DNA of 64,000 nucleotides from Candidatus Woesearchaeota archaeon (GTDB lineage Archaea; Nanobdellota; Nanobdellia; SCGC-AAA011-G17; GW2011-AR18): NCBI GenBank assembly GCA_016179945.1, contig JACPCE010000001.1, positions 9,202 to 73,201 of the forward strand, read 5' to 3'. Shown piece by piece: positions 29,087 to 38,182 of this stretch (position 1 is its first letter; each line of letters starts with the position of its first letter). The notes under the pieces were generated by a model. It saw only the letters and a program-made list of their open reading frames with translations, ran no database searches and was not told where the DNA came from. The position numbers and the translations under genes were made by a program.

Positions 29087-31282
29087 TCAATAAATTAAAT
29101 CCTGTATTACTTGATGCATAATCTTTCTAAACTCAACACTAAAAAAATCTTCTATTTCTTTTTTATTTATTAACAAATTTTTATCATTGTAATTACGAAA
29201 TAAACTCAACATTATTTGACGAACATAATAACCCTTCTTATCTATTTCTTGTAGATCGCCACTCAATACATCTGTAATATACAAAATAACACCCAAACCA
29301 ACATCTTTTTCTAGACATAACTCCCCAAGAGGAGCAAGATCCATATCGATTGAAACTAACTCATAAGGTTTAGAAAATAATGACTTAAGTTTATTGAGAA
29401 ATCCCATATGCTCTTGGTATGTCGCCGACATAAAAACATGATGAGTTTTGTAAAAATTATCTGTATTAAAATAACTATTTGAAGGTTTTTCAAGTAAAAT
29501 ATTTTCTATAGGAATTGGTAAATAAAATGAAGGATCTATTCTTACATAACTCTTTGGGTATACATAAATAACTTCAGGAATAACAATAGATTCAACAGGT
29601 ATGTTTTTTACTCCACCAGCAGTACCATAAAATATAAAGGTTTTTAGTCCTTGTTCTATTAAATCATTAACTTGATCCTGTATTGGTGTGCTAATTGGAT
29701 GTGGAAATAATTGCATATTCAAATTACCTATTTTCAGCATTAAAGGAATATCGAATATTGGCGAAACAATATCTTTAATTTTTGATTTATATTTATTCAA
29801 AATTAATTCTAAACTAATTAAAAACCTCTTTATTTCTCTATATTCATCATAGTTGAATAAAGGATTACGTTTATTTCTAAAAATCATATCAAATAATTCA
29901 GCACTTTCCATATCTTTAACTTTAAGTTTTGATACTAAATCCCTCACCTCCTGTTCTTTCATTTCAAAATCTCTTTGATCACTTTCACTAAATCTGCTTA
30001 ATTCAATTAGTTTAAAAAGTGCCTTCAAATAATCAAAAGAAGAGTCTTCGGTATAACCTTGTTTAAAAGGTGTTTGTAAGTAATCATAAAATCTAGTTTT
30101 AAAAGAAAGAGTAATATTCCCATTTGCTTCTTCACTATCAACAGAGAAACCTAAAGAAATTGCCTCTTTAATTAAATTAAATTTCTTCTGGCCAATACTA
30201 ATAGCTCTTCTAGTTTCATATGTTCTAAAACCTTTCTCAGACATGAAATTAAGTACAGTAAAAATAAAATCATTCAATATTAATCTAAAATTTTGATGAA
30301 AGTAAAGTTCTATTGTTTTTTGTAATAATTCATCCCACCAGCCAACTAAGGCTATTGAATTAGGATCCATTGTTTTGTAATATTTATCATCAACCAATTT
30401 TCCAGTTTCTCCAAAATCTAATATTTGTATTTCATCAGGATTAATCCCAGCAGCAAAGGCAAAAGTTTGCATGAAAATAAGAGGCACCCTAGAGTCAATA
30501 CCTGCATAAGCAAATTCAACAGGAACATATTTGTCCTCATCTCTTCCAAATACTATAAACATAGTTCTATCATCTAAATATTTCGCATAAGATTTTTTAG
30601 AAACAGCAACCAAATTTAATACCCCATTCTGAGAATATTTATTAGCTATGAAAGAAATCATTTTATCAACAGGACATAAATAAAGTTTCAGTTTATATTT
30701 CTTAATAAATGGAAGTAAACAATTAGGAAATCGTTCTTTAAGTAAATGTTTTTTAACAAAAACAATTTCTTCTCTTAAGGGGTTGTGTAAATAAACACGT
30801 GGATCGCCCTGTTTTACTCTACGTATTTTTATAACCTTGTCGTACTTACTTACAGTTAGTTCCCTCATATTATAATTAATTCCATTTTGAAAACCAGGAA
30901 CTAATATTTTAAAAAATTTTAAGTCTGATTCAAGATCAACATCAAAAGAAAAACCGCCCAAATCAACTTCTTCTTTCTTCACACTACCTAGTAATATAAT
31001 TATTTCATTTAAGAGTGTTTTATACTTTTCAGGATTGCTAAAAATTTTACTATAAACTTCTTCCCACTTACGTCCATATGACAAAAACGTCTTAAATTTT
31101 ATTAGCAATAATTTATCAGTTATAGGATCAAGTTCCCCACTATCAAGCAAAGTTACAATTAAAGAAATAACTTCTTCATATTGGGGTTCGTTTAGTGGTA
31201 ATTCATATTCAAAAATTTCTTTGAATAATCCTTTTAATACATAATAACACCTGTTTCTTATTTTTTCTTGCATATAATCCAT
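29087..31282 (-). CDS. Large protein with an unknown N-terminal region (~500 aa) and a C-terminal PNP/MTA-nucleosidase-like (PNP_UDP_1 fold) domain
   Basis: The C-terminus FIFYGTAGGVKNIPVESIVIPEVIYVY ... ELVSIDMDLAPLGELCLEKDVGLGVILYITDV parallels the Pfs/MTAN segments NTGSAGGL...GDIVV and AVEMEA...VVRAISDVA. Confidence 0.55.
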   Translation of the reverse strand: MDYMQEKIRNRCYYVLKGLFKEIFEYELPLNEPQYEEVISLIVTLLDSGELDPITDKLLLIKFKTFLSYGRKWEEVYSKIFSNPEKYKTLLNEIIILLGSVKKEEVDLGGFSFDVDLESDLKFFKILVPGFQNGINYNMRELTVSKYDKVIKIRRVKQGDPRVYLHNPLREEIVFVKKHLLKERFPNCLLPFIKKYKLKLYLCPVDKMISFIANKYSQNGVLNLVAVSKKSYAKYLDDRTMFIVFGRDEDKYVPVEFAYAGIDSRVPLIFMQTFAFAAGINPDEIQILDFGETGKLVDDKYYKTMDPNSIALVGWWDELLQKTIELYFHQNFRLILNDFIFTVLNFMSEKGFRTYETRRAISIGQKKFNLIKEAISLGFSVDSEEANGNITLSFKTRFYDYLQTPFKQGYTEDSSFDYLKALFKLIELSRFSESDQRDFEMKEQEVRDLVSKLKVKDMESAELFDMIFRNKRNPLFNYDEYREIKRFLISLELILNKYKSKIKDIVSPIFDIPLMLKIGNLNMQLFPHPISTPIQDQVNDLIEQGLKTFIFYGTAGGVKNIPVESIVIPEVIYVYPKSYVRIDPSFYLPIPIENILLEKPSNSYFNTDNFYKTHHVFMSATYQEHMGFLNKLKSLFSKPYELVSIDMDLAPLGELCLEKDVGLGVILYITDVLSGDLQEIDKKGYYVRQIMLSLFRNYNDKNLLINKKEIEDFFSVEFRKIMHQVIQDLIY

Positions 31283-31299
31283 TATTATAAATCATAGTT

Positions 31300-32589
31300 T
31301 TATTTTAAAGTTTTTGAAGCCAATTTTAACATTCTAAAAGCATAGTTTACAGGGTTTTTACATCTATTACAAATACCATTCTCACATTTTACACCCATTG
31401 TTTTATAATAACTCTCATTATCGCAATTCGGCGGAGGCACAATTTTCTTCTGTCTTTTAAACCAGCTAATTTGTGATTTTATATATCCTTCTCTTAGTTG
31501 TTCATAATTTTTCTTATTCCATTCTAATAAAAATCCTTCTATGTCTTCCAAGTTCCACCCCATGTTTTGCAAAAAATTAACCAAAACAAATATTGACCTT
31601 TTTCTTCCGTCTTCTTTAACACCACCCATCAATTTTAAAATACAAGATGGAAAATAATCTGTCTTGATAGCAGTTTTTGGAACTTCAAATTTTTTCTCAA
31701 AAGTCTTCTTCTCTTCTATAAAACTTGTTTTCTTTGCCCAATCAAAAGCCTGTATCAATAACTCCCTGGCTTCATCCTTAACAGAATTTTCTGGGTCTAA
31801 AAACTTCAAGTTGAACTTAACATTTTCCATTTTAGCGTTTTCAATATTAAAATCCTTAATATCTTTAATTGGAATGCTTACCAATCCTGATTTTTCATTA
31901 ATAGAATACGCACATCTGAATAAATGTCTGCTTGAAATCAAAACGCTGTCAATATCAACTAATTTAAATGGATCAAATTTTCCATTAACAACAACATCAT
32001 TTAAATTTTTTCCGGTAGATTTTACTGCATCCTCAACTTTATATTTGCTTAAAATTTTAGAACTTAAAAAATCCTTAATCATATCTTTCAAATATTCAGA
32101 AATTACTCTAACACCATCTGGAAAGTAATTTTTTATATTTACATTATTAACTTCTTTAGGAAATGCCTCAAATGGAATCCCAATATGAAGTCCTCTGTTG
32201 CCAGAAAATTTTAATGAATAATTTTTTACATCGTGGAATTTCAAGGCTTCAATAATTAATTCCCCACACATCAAGCCAAAATCCAAGTTCTTGCTATCAA
32301 TATCAACTAAAAGATCCCATCCAAAACGCAATTCGTCTAGCTGCCTTTTGGCCAACCCAGATTCAAGTAACAAAGGATCTCTCCATCGTTCCTCGCTTAT
32401 ATGAAAAGAAGTCATTCCTTGCTTAATTAGGTCTTTTATATCCCCTTCAAAATTAACTATCTCTGGTCTTTTTCCCCTTATTTCTCCAAACCAAGCCTGA
32501 ACTTCTCTGCCTTGTGATAATCTGAGAAATTCCTTCTGAACTTCCCTTTGTGAATAATAACCTTTAATATCCATAAAAGAAATATTCAA
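31300..32589 (-). CDS. priS: Compact fused DNA primase: PriS catalytic domain plus a PriL-CTD-like Cys cluster
   Basis: LLVDIDSKNLDF (catalytic Asp) and SGNRGLHIGIPFEAF are PriS motifs. The C-terminal third carries about 5 Cys (PSCI..., NCDNESYY, VKCENGICNRC), consistent with an Fe-S PriL-CTD. No separate priL follows. Confidence 0.65.
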   Translation of the reverse strand: MNISFMDIKGYYSQREVQKEFLRLSQGREVQAWFGEIRGKRPEIVNFEGDIKDLIKQGMTSFHISEERWRDPLLLESGLAKRQLDELRFGWDLLVDIDSKNLDFGLMCGELIIEALKFHDVKNYSLKFSGNRGLHIGIPFEAFPKEVNNVNIKNYFPDGVRVISEYLKDMIKDFLSSKILSKYKVEDAVKSTGKNLNDVVVNGKFDPFKLVDIDSVLISSRHLFRCAYSINEKSGLVSIPIKDIKDFNIENAKMENVKFNLKFLDPENSVKDEARELLIQAFDWAKKTSFIEEKKTFEKKFEVPKTAIKTDYFPSCILKLMGGVKEDGRKRSIFVLVNFLQNMGWNLEDIEGFLLEWNKKNYEQLREGYIKSQISWFKRQKKIVPPPNCDNESYYKTMGVKCENGICNRCKNPVNYAFRMLKLASKTLK

Positions 32590-32632
32590 ACATCATTTAA
32601 ATAAATTATGCGATTGTAAAAGATAAAAGAAA

Positions 32633-33049
32633 TTACTCTTCAAGAGCTTCTTCCCTAACCTTACTAAAATCTTCTTGTAAAATATTAAGTTTTCCAACAG
32701 TATTATTAACCTCTTCTTTTAGTTGTTCAAGAACATTTGTGACATCACCTAGTTGTTTTTCAACAGTTTCTTTTGCTTCATCAACTGTTTTCTCAACGCA
32801 AACATTATTTCCAACATTCATAATAACACTATTATTATCTTTTATTTCTCCTTTAAGAAAAATTCCACTTCCAAAAGGCATAAGAACTTCATCATTGACT
32901 TTAGTTTGTTTTAATTGTGTAAGTCCATCATCAAGATAACTTAAATCAACAATGTGTTTTTCTAAAGAAGTTATATTTTGTTGCAGTTGTTGCAATTGCT
33001 GAACTAACTCTTGATATTCCATATACTTTTCTTTTAAATTTTCTTTCAT
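32633..33049 (-). CDS. pfdA: Prefoldin alpha subunit
   Basis: Coiled coil, a double beta-hairpin (VLMPFGSGIFLKGEIKDNNSVIMNVGNNVCVEKTVDEA), then coiled coil. Conserved position next to rpl14e. Confidence 0.7.
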   Translation of the reverse strand: MKENLKEKYMEYQELVQQLQQLQQNITSLEKHIVDLSYLDDGLTQLKQTKVNDEVLMPFGSGIFLKGEIKDNNSVIMNVGNNVCVEKTVDEAKETVEKQLGDVTNVLEQLKEEVNNTVGKLNILQEDFSKVREEALEE

Positions 33050-33387
33050 TCTTTCTTCTTTAAAGTTTTCTTCTCTACAGCAGTTTCACTTTTCTTCGTC
33101 TTTCTCAATTTGGTTGGCTTTTCCTTTCCTTCCTTTCTCTTCACTTTCTTAACATCTAATATTTTAAAGCCGGCGTCACTCAACGATCTCCTCACGTCGC
33201 TCGTTTCAGCCCCTTTCTTTATCTTAATCTTCTTGTCCAAAAACTCCAGATGTGACATATTACATTTTTTTCTTCTAGTGCTTCCATCAACTAAAACATA
33301 TTTACCATCCAAAACATCTACAACAGCACAAATCTGTCCTGCATCTCTGCCAGCAATCTTAACAGCAACATCTCCTACTTCAACCAT
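33046..33387 (-). CDS. rpl14e: Ribosomal protein L14e with a KE-rich tail
   Basis: The KOW-like core VEVGDVAVKIAGRDAGQICAVVDVLDGKYVLVDG. Confidence 0.8.
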   Translation of the reverse strand: MVEVGDVAVKIAGRDAGQICAVVDVLDGKYVLVDGSTRRKKCNMSHLEFLDKKIKIKKGAETSDVRRSLSDAGFKILDVKKVKRKEGKEKPTKLRKTKKSETAVEKKTLKKKE

Positions 33388-33388
33388 T

Positions 33389-33664
33389 TTACACTCCTAG
33401 CTTCCTAGCTTTTTCAACCATTGTTTTTCTCATGCATCTACTGCACAACACACCACCAAAAGGCCTTTCAGGTCTCTTCTGTGTTTTAGCTAATTTACTA
33501 ATAGAAGAAACTCTTCCTCTTGCTACACCCTTTAAATATTCACCGCAATTTGAACACTGTGGTTTCCCAGGCTTTCTAAATTTATAATGTATGACAGTAT
33601 TTCCGCCAGGCGTTCTAACATTAGCCCTTCTAAATCTTCTTGATCTAAATCTTGGTGCAACCAT
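33389..33664 (-). CDS. rpl34e: Ribosomal protein L34e
   Basis: FRSRRFRRANVRTPGGNTVIHYKFRKPGKPQCSNCGEYLKGV. Confidence 0.85.
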   Translation of the reverse strand: MVAPRFRSRRFRRANVRTPGGNTVIHYKFRKPGKPQCSNCGEYLKGVARGRVSSISKLAKTQKRPERPFGGVLCSRCMRKTMVEKARKLGV

Positions 33665-33675
33665 ACTAAATCCTC

Positions 33676-34131
33676 CTAATAAACCTTCATTACACTCCTT
33701 AATATCATGCTAAAAATAAATGAAAACAAAATATAAGCTCCTATTCCTCCAAGGCCTAAAAATAAAGTTCCAAATGGCTCATAAGTTTTTCTTATCCATA
33801 TGAAAACAAACAAAAAAGGAATTAATGTTGCTATCATTGGTTTTATACTTTGTTTATATTGAATCTTCATATTTTCAAATCCTTCTTTAGCCATCTTGGA
33901 ATTTAGTTCAGCCATTTTCTTAGGATCTCCCTTATGCTTTTTAATTTCTTCTCGCAATGAATTTGTTTTTTCTTTCAAAGATTTTAATAATATTTGGTCT
34001 GTTAAATACTTCCAAGCAATAGTACTAAGTAAAGACAATATAAAGGATACAAGTATTATTCCAAATATAGGACTGATTACAACAGCCCATCCAAATAACA
34101 GATCAAAAAATTTATTCAGTACTTCAACCAT
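33676..34131 (-). CDS. DUF106 membrane protein (archaeal YidC/EMC3-like insertase)
   Basis: Three TM helices with an amphipathic coiled region KSLKEKTNSLREEIKKHKGDPKKMAELNSKM. Conserved position next to secY. Confidence 0.7.
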   Translation of the reverse strand: MVEVLNKFFDLLFGWAVVISPIFGIILVSFILSLLSTIAWKYLTDQILLKSLKEKTNSLREEIKKHKGDPKKMAELNSKMAKEGFENMKIQYKQSIKPMIATLIPFLFVFIWIRKTYEPFGTLFLGLGGIGAYILFSFIFSMILRSVMKVY

Positions 34132-35520
34132 TTATCCTCCCATCATCTTCCTCATTGCAGGATGCATATCTACCATATGCTGCCTTGCAATATCTTCATA
34201 AAGCTTGTATATAATCATTACTGCTAGTAAAATTCCAGTACCTCTTGACAAAGCACCCAATAAATCAGCACTTGCAGCAATTACACCTATAAACAACCCA
34301 CCCATAATAGTTAATGGAAATATATATCTTTCTAAAACCTTTTCTAAAATCCTTTGGTCTGTTCTAAAGCCAGCAATATGCAAACCAGCAGCTCTTATTT
34401 GCTTAGCCTGTGCAGCTGCATCCATTCCAGAAGTTTGGACCCAAAATATTGAAAATACAACCGAACCTAAAGCTAATATCAAAATATAAACAAGTGCTCT
34501 CAAAATATCAATCCAAACAAAAGAGCCTGTAAGTATATTAGTAACAATAGCAGGACCGCTTACCCAGTTAACTATTGCATTAGCTGCTCCAACACCAACT
34601 ATCCCTTTGGTCTGTAAAAATGTAGCACCTAATTGAACATTAGCAAGCAATGCTGCAATAAGAATAACAGGTATGTTGCTTGTGTACAAAAAATTCAAAG
34701 GCCACCTGACACCGTAACCACTAACCCTGCCAAAGCTCAAAGGAATTTCAACCTTCATAGCCTGGGCATAAACAGAAATAACAAAGACAATAACAGTAGC
34801 TAAAACACTAACTATTGCAATCAAGGCCTCTCTGGGAGCTCCGCTTAACAAAGAACTAAAGAAAACAAGTATTGCACCTACAGGAGGCTGGCCAGACCCA
34901 AAAGCTGCTTGTCCTAAGGTATTCAAAGGACTAAATGCCCTTATAAAAATCTCTGAAGCAACTCCTGCTGCTATAAACAAACTTACACCAGACCCAAAAC
35001 CCCACTTGCTTACAACCTCATCCATGAAGACAACAAGCAACCCGCCAATTATCAATTGTATTATTAATATCAATTGAAAACTAAAATAAGCAGGAGTCCC
35101 TGCCAATCCAGGATTTGGAGCTAATCCTCCAAGCATAACATAAACTATAGATTCAAAGAAAACAAAAAAAATAGTAGTTAGTTTTTGTAATCCTTGAAAT
35201 AAAGTTCTTCCATCATGTGTTGTTAAATCAATCTTAATTATTCCAGCACCAACAAGCAGCTGCAATACAATAGATGAAGTAACTATAGGTCCTATACCTA
35301 AACTAAGTATAGATCCAAAACTTGCACCTAATATAATTGAAAGTTCTCTAAATCTACTAAGTGAATTTTCACCTAATCCATAAAGAGGTATAACAGACAG
35401 AATATAAAAAGCTATTAAAATTAACAAAGTCCAAACAAATTTTTCCTTAAAACCAAGTTTTTTTTGCTCTGGCTTCTTAACCTCTGGCAAAAAAGAAACA
35501 ATATTACTGATTAGAGACAT
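34132..35520 (-). CDS. secY: Preprotein translocase subunit SecY
   Basis: A 10-TM topology. The sequence is conserved with SecY/Sec61alpha (e.g. GIGPIVTSSIVLQLL). Confidence 0.9.
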   Translation of the reverse strand: MSLISNIVSFLPEVKKPEQKKLGFKEKFVWTLLILIAFYILSVIPLYGLGENSLSRFRELSIILGASFGSILSLGIGPIVTSSIVLQLLVGAGIIKIDLTTHDGRTLFQGLQKLTTIFFVFFESIVYVMLGGLAPNPGLAGTPAYFSFQLILIIQLIIGGLLVVFMDEVVSKWGFGSGVSLFIAAGVASEIFIRAFSPLNTLGQAAFGSGQPPVGAILVFFSSLLSGAPREALIAIVSVLATVIVFVISVYAQAMKVEIPLSFGRVSGYGVRWPLNFLYTSNIPVILIAALLANVQLGATFLQTKGIVGVGAANAIVNWVSGPAIVTNILTGSFVWIDILRALVYILILALGSVVFSIFWVQTSGMDAAAQAKQIRAAGLHIAGFRTDQRILEKVLERYIFPLTIMGGLFIGVIAASADLLGALSRGTGILLAVMIIYKLYEDIARQHMVDMHPAMRKMMGG

Positions 35521-35971
35521 CTTCTTTTATTATTACTCCCCCTATCTCTTCTACCTTTTTAATAGCTTGTGCTGAAAAATAAGGTGCAGTTATTTTTAAT
35601 TTAACATTTAATTTGCCGCCACCCAATAATTTCTGATAACCTAATTTCTCTATATCAACAACGTAAAAATCTTTTTCCTTGGTAATTAATTTCCTACTTA
35701 AATAAACGTCTAACTTATTCTGCAAATTATCTAAATTAACAGCTTTAATTTTCTTTACTAATTTTTGAGGCCTGTGAAATCCATGCTTTCCAAAATATTC
35801 ATTGCCATAAATTTGTAATATTGTAGGTTTTTTCTGGTCAGCCCTTTTACCACTTCCAGCCATTCCTCTTCCACCCCTGTTGCCTGCACCTCTGTGTTTC
35901 TTCTTGGCTCCCCATCCATGGGTGTGTGTGCCCCTCATTCTAGAATATTTTCTTCTTTTGTGTACAGTCAT
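35504..35971 (-). CDS. rpl15: Ribosomal protein L15 (uL15)
   Basis: Gly/Arg-rich N-terminus RGTHTHGWGAKKKHRGAGNRGGRGMAGSGKR. Confidence 0.9.
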   Translation of the reverse strand: MTVHKRRKYSRMRGTHTHGWGAKKKHRGAGNRGGRGMAGSGKRADQKKPTILQIYGNEYFGKHGFHRPQKLVKKIKAVNLDNLQNKLDVYLSRKLITKEKDFYVVDIEKLGYQKLLGGGKLNVKLKITAPYFSAQAIKKVEEIGGVIIKEDVSNQ

Positions 35972-35972
35972 A

Positions 35973-36440
35973 TTACAACATCCTTTTGACTAAATCATTA
36001 ATTGCATCTTTTCTATATCCTAAAGCTCCGCCTAAACTATAGGGTTTTTTTATTCCACCCCTGTCAAATCCGCCCTTTGGTGGTTTTAACCTAAAAAAAG
36101 TTTTTAACCCTGGAACATCCTTAAAATTTATTTTCGAAGACATAACATTGTTGACAAAATCATCAAAACTCATCTTTGCATTTTCCTTCAAGTATTGTTC
36201 TGTAAGTGGTTTATTTCCTGTAATTCTGCCCCTCTTCTCCAACAATAACTTCATAGTTTCATTATTAATTTCTCCCCAAGTTATATAATCTTTCAACAAG
36301 ACAAGCATTCCAAGATAATTTCTATTATTCTCAACAACAACACAGCTATTTTTTCTTACAAGTTTAAGCATTTGCAAAGTATCAATAAGTTTTCTATTCA
36401 TACCAACTGCTCCTCTGATTTGAACTGCTGCTAATTTCAT
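35973..36440 (-). CDS. rpl30: Ribosomal protein L30 (uL30, archaeal long form)
   Basis: MKLAAVQIRGAVGMNRKLIDTLQMLKLVRKNSCVVV. Confidence 0.85.
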   Translation of the reverse strand: MKLAAVQIRGAVGMNRKLIDTLQMLKLVRKNSCVVVENNRNYLGMLVLLKDYITWGEINNETMKLLLEKRGRITGNKPLTEQYLKENAKMSFDDFVNNVMSSKINFKDVPGLKTFFRLKPPKGGFDRGGIKKPYSLGGALGYRKDAINDLVKRML

Positions 36441-37159
36441 ACTTCTAACTTAGACGTTGTTCCCTCAACAACTCCCGCCTCCTTCACAAAATCTTCATTT
36501 AATTTTATTTTTGATAATTGTTTAAGTGCATTAAAACACGCTATAAAAAAATTCAGTTTTGTTGCTGTTTGTCCTTTGGTTTTTGCATAAACATCTTTTA
36601 TTCCAGCAAGTCCGAGTAAAACTCTGCATTTCCTTTCAGCCTTTAACCCAGTACCTCTTGGAGCAGCCATAAGTGTAACTCTAACACTCCCGCACTTTCC
36701 ACTTACTTTAAAAGGAATAGAGTGTGGTGTCCTGCAATCACAATCCCAAGAACCGCAAGCTCTTCTTATCTTAATAATGTTTAATTTTGCCTTCCTAGTT
36801 GCCTTTTCTCTTGCAGGCACTGTTTCTTTTGAACTTCCAAACCCAACACCAACATAACCATCTTTGTTTCCAACAACAGCAAATGCAGAAAATTTAATTC
36901 TATTTCCTTCAGAAGTCTTTTTCTGTGTTTGTTTCCATATGCTTCCTTTACCGCCACCAAATTTTCCCTTGCTCTGCCCAACTTCTAATAATTGAACTTC
37001 CAAGTTAGGCAATAAAACATCAATTATCTCAGGCTCTAATATCCTGTGTCCTTTGTCAAGAATTTCTCCAAGATCATTTATCTCTCTATTTTTGACCTTC
37101 TTACCCAATTCGGTTCTAGGTTTCCAATCATCAATATTAAAAATATTACTTACTGCCAT
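36437..37159 (-). CDS. rps5: Ribosomal protein S5 (uS5)
   Basis: FSAFAVVGNKDGYVGVGFGSSKE...RAAPRGTGL-like core. Confidence 0.9.
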   Translation of the reverse strand: MAVSNIFNIDDWKPRTELGKKVKNREINDLGEILDKGHRILEPEIIDVLLPNLEVQLLEVGQSKGKFGGGKGSIWKQTQKKTSEGNRIKFSAFAVVGNKDGYVGVGFGSSKETVPAREKATRKAKLNIIKIRRACGSWDCDCRTPHSIPFKVSGKCGSVRVTLMAAPRGTGLKAERKCRVLLGLAGIKDVYAKTKGQTATKLNFFIACFNALKQLSKIKLNEDFVKEAGVVEGTTSKLEV

Positions 37160-37733
37160 CTTTTACTATTTTATTCTTAACCTCCTCAAAATGTTTAATA
37201 AATTCATCAGGTTTCAAGCCAGATTTTAAATAATTAGAAAATTGTTTTTGGTAACTTGGACTTCCTTTTATTTTTTCAGCATAATTCTGAATATGAAGTC
37301 CTTTTATTCTATCCTCACTTGGCAAATATTTCTCGCTAACAGAAATATTAAATCCAGAATCAATCAATCCTTTAAGCGCAGCAAAAAAACTAGAACCTCT
37401 AATAATCCTAAAACACCCAAAATCAGCAACACCAGAATTAATATTTTTTTTCTTAGCCTTTAAGCCGCATAACAAACCAACAAGATAAGAAGAAGACACA
37501 TTGCCACGATGGCCCTTCCAGCCATACTTAATAAGTTCTCTTGTGTAAGCAGAGACTAAAACCCTATCACCTTTTTCAGAAAAGTCAACAATCTGGACTG
37601 AAAAATTATTTAACATTCTCCTTAAAACAACTCTAAAGTTTCTAGAAACAAGAAGATTTAATCTAGTTCTATAATCTGTCTTGCCTTTTCTTTTCCTTCT
37701 AAAATCCAAAGTATAAGCTTTTCCTTTTTTCAT
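37146..37733 (-). CDS. rpl18: Ribosomal protein L18 (uL18)
   Basis: FRRKRKGKTDYRTRLNLL. Confidence 0.85.
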   Translation of the reverse strand: MKKGKAYTLDFRRKRKGKTDYRTRLNLLVSRNFRVVLRRMLNNFSVQIVDFSEKGDRVLVSAYTRELIKYGWKGHRGNVSSSYLVGLLCGLKAKKKNINSGVADFGCFRIIRGSSFFAALKGLIDSGFNISVSEKYLPSEDRIKGLHIQNYAEKIKGSPSYQKQFSNYLKSGLKPDEFIKHFEEVKNKIVKDGSK

Positions 37734-38182
37734 TTTTTAACCCATAAATTATGTTCTGTCAAGTAAAGTTTTATATGTCTTCTGCTTCTAAAAAATCCGC
37801 CTTTTGCCTTTGCTCTCAAATTTGAATAAGTATTATTAGTTATTTTACTTTTGTTTAGTAATTGATAAAACAAATCCCTCTGTGCTCTAATTCTATTTAC
37901 CCATGCTTCTTTCCTGCCTAAACGTGATGTTTTCTTACCTTTTTTAGATCCTGGGCCGCTCATTCTTCCCTTGCGCTTTTGCTTTATAAAAGTTCTAAAC
38001 CTTCCTCTTGAAACTCCTTTCTTTTGCTTGACAAGTACAACTCCAGTAGCTATTAATTTTCTTATATCGTCCCTTGTTATTGCTTCTTTAATCTCAGTAA
38101 CCTTTGCAGGATCAAACCACACCCTATCAAAACCAACTTTCAATAACCTAGATGCAATCAATCTTTTATTTTTTAAGTTCAT
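37730..38182 (-). CDS. rpl19e: Ribosomal protein L19e
   Basis: MNLKNKRLIASRLLKVGFDRVWFDP. Confidence 0.9.
   Translation of the reverse strand: MNLKNKRLIASRLLKVGFDRVWFDPAKVTEIKEAITRDDIRKLIATGVVLVKQKKGVSRGRFRTFIKQKRKGRMSGPGSKKGKKTSRLGRKEAWVNRIRAQRDLFYQLLNKSKITNNTYSNLRAKAKGGFFRSRRHIKLYLTEHNLWVKK

Noticed and set aside
29087-31282. A YLDD tetrapeptide in the 731-aa protein as a reverse-transcriptase (YxDD) motif, considered for a DGR or retroelement
   Set aside because: No surrounding RT motifs (1-7) are present and there is no template or variable repeat pair. The match is coincidental.
31664-32128. 154-aa ORF antisense to the primase gene
   Set aside because: It lies opposite clear PriS catalytic motifs and its content is low-complexity.
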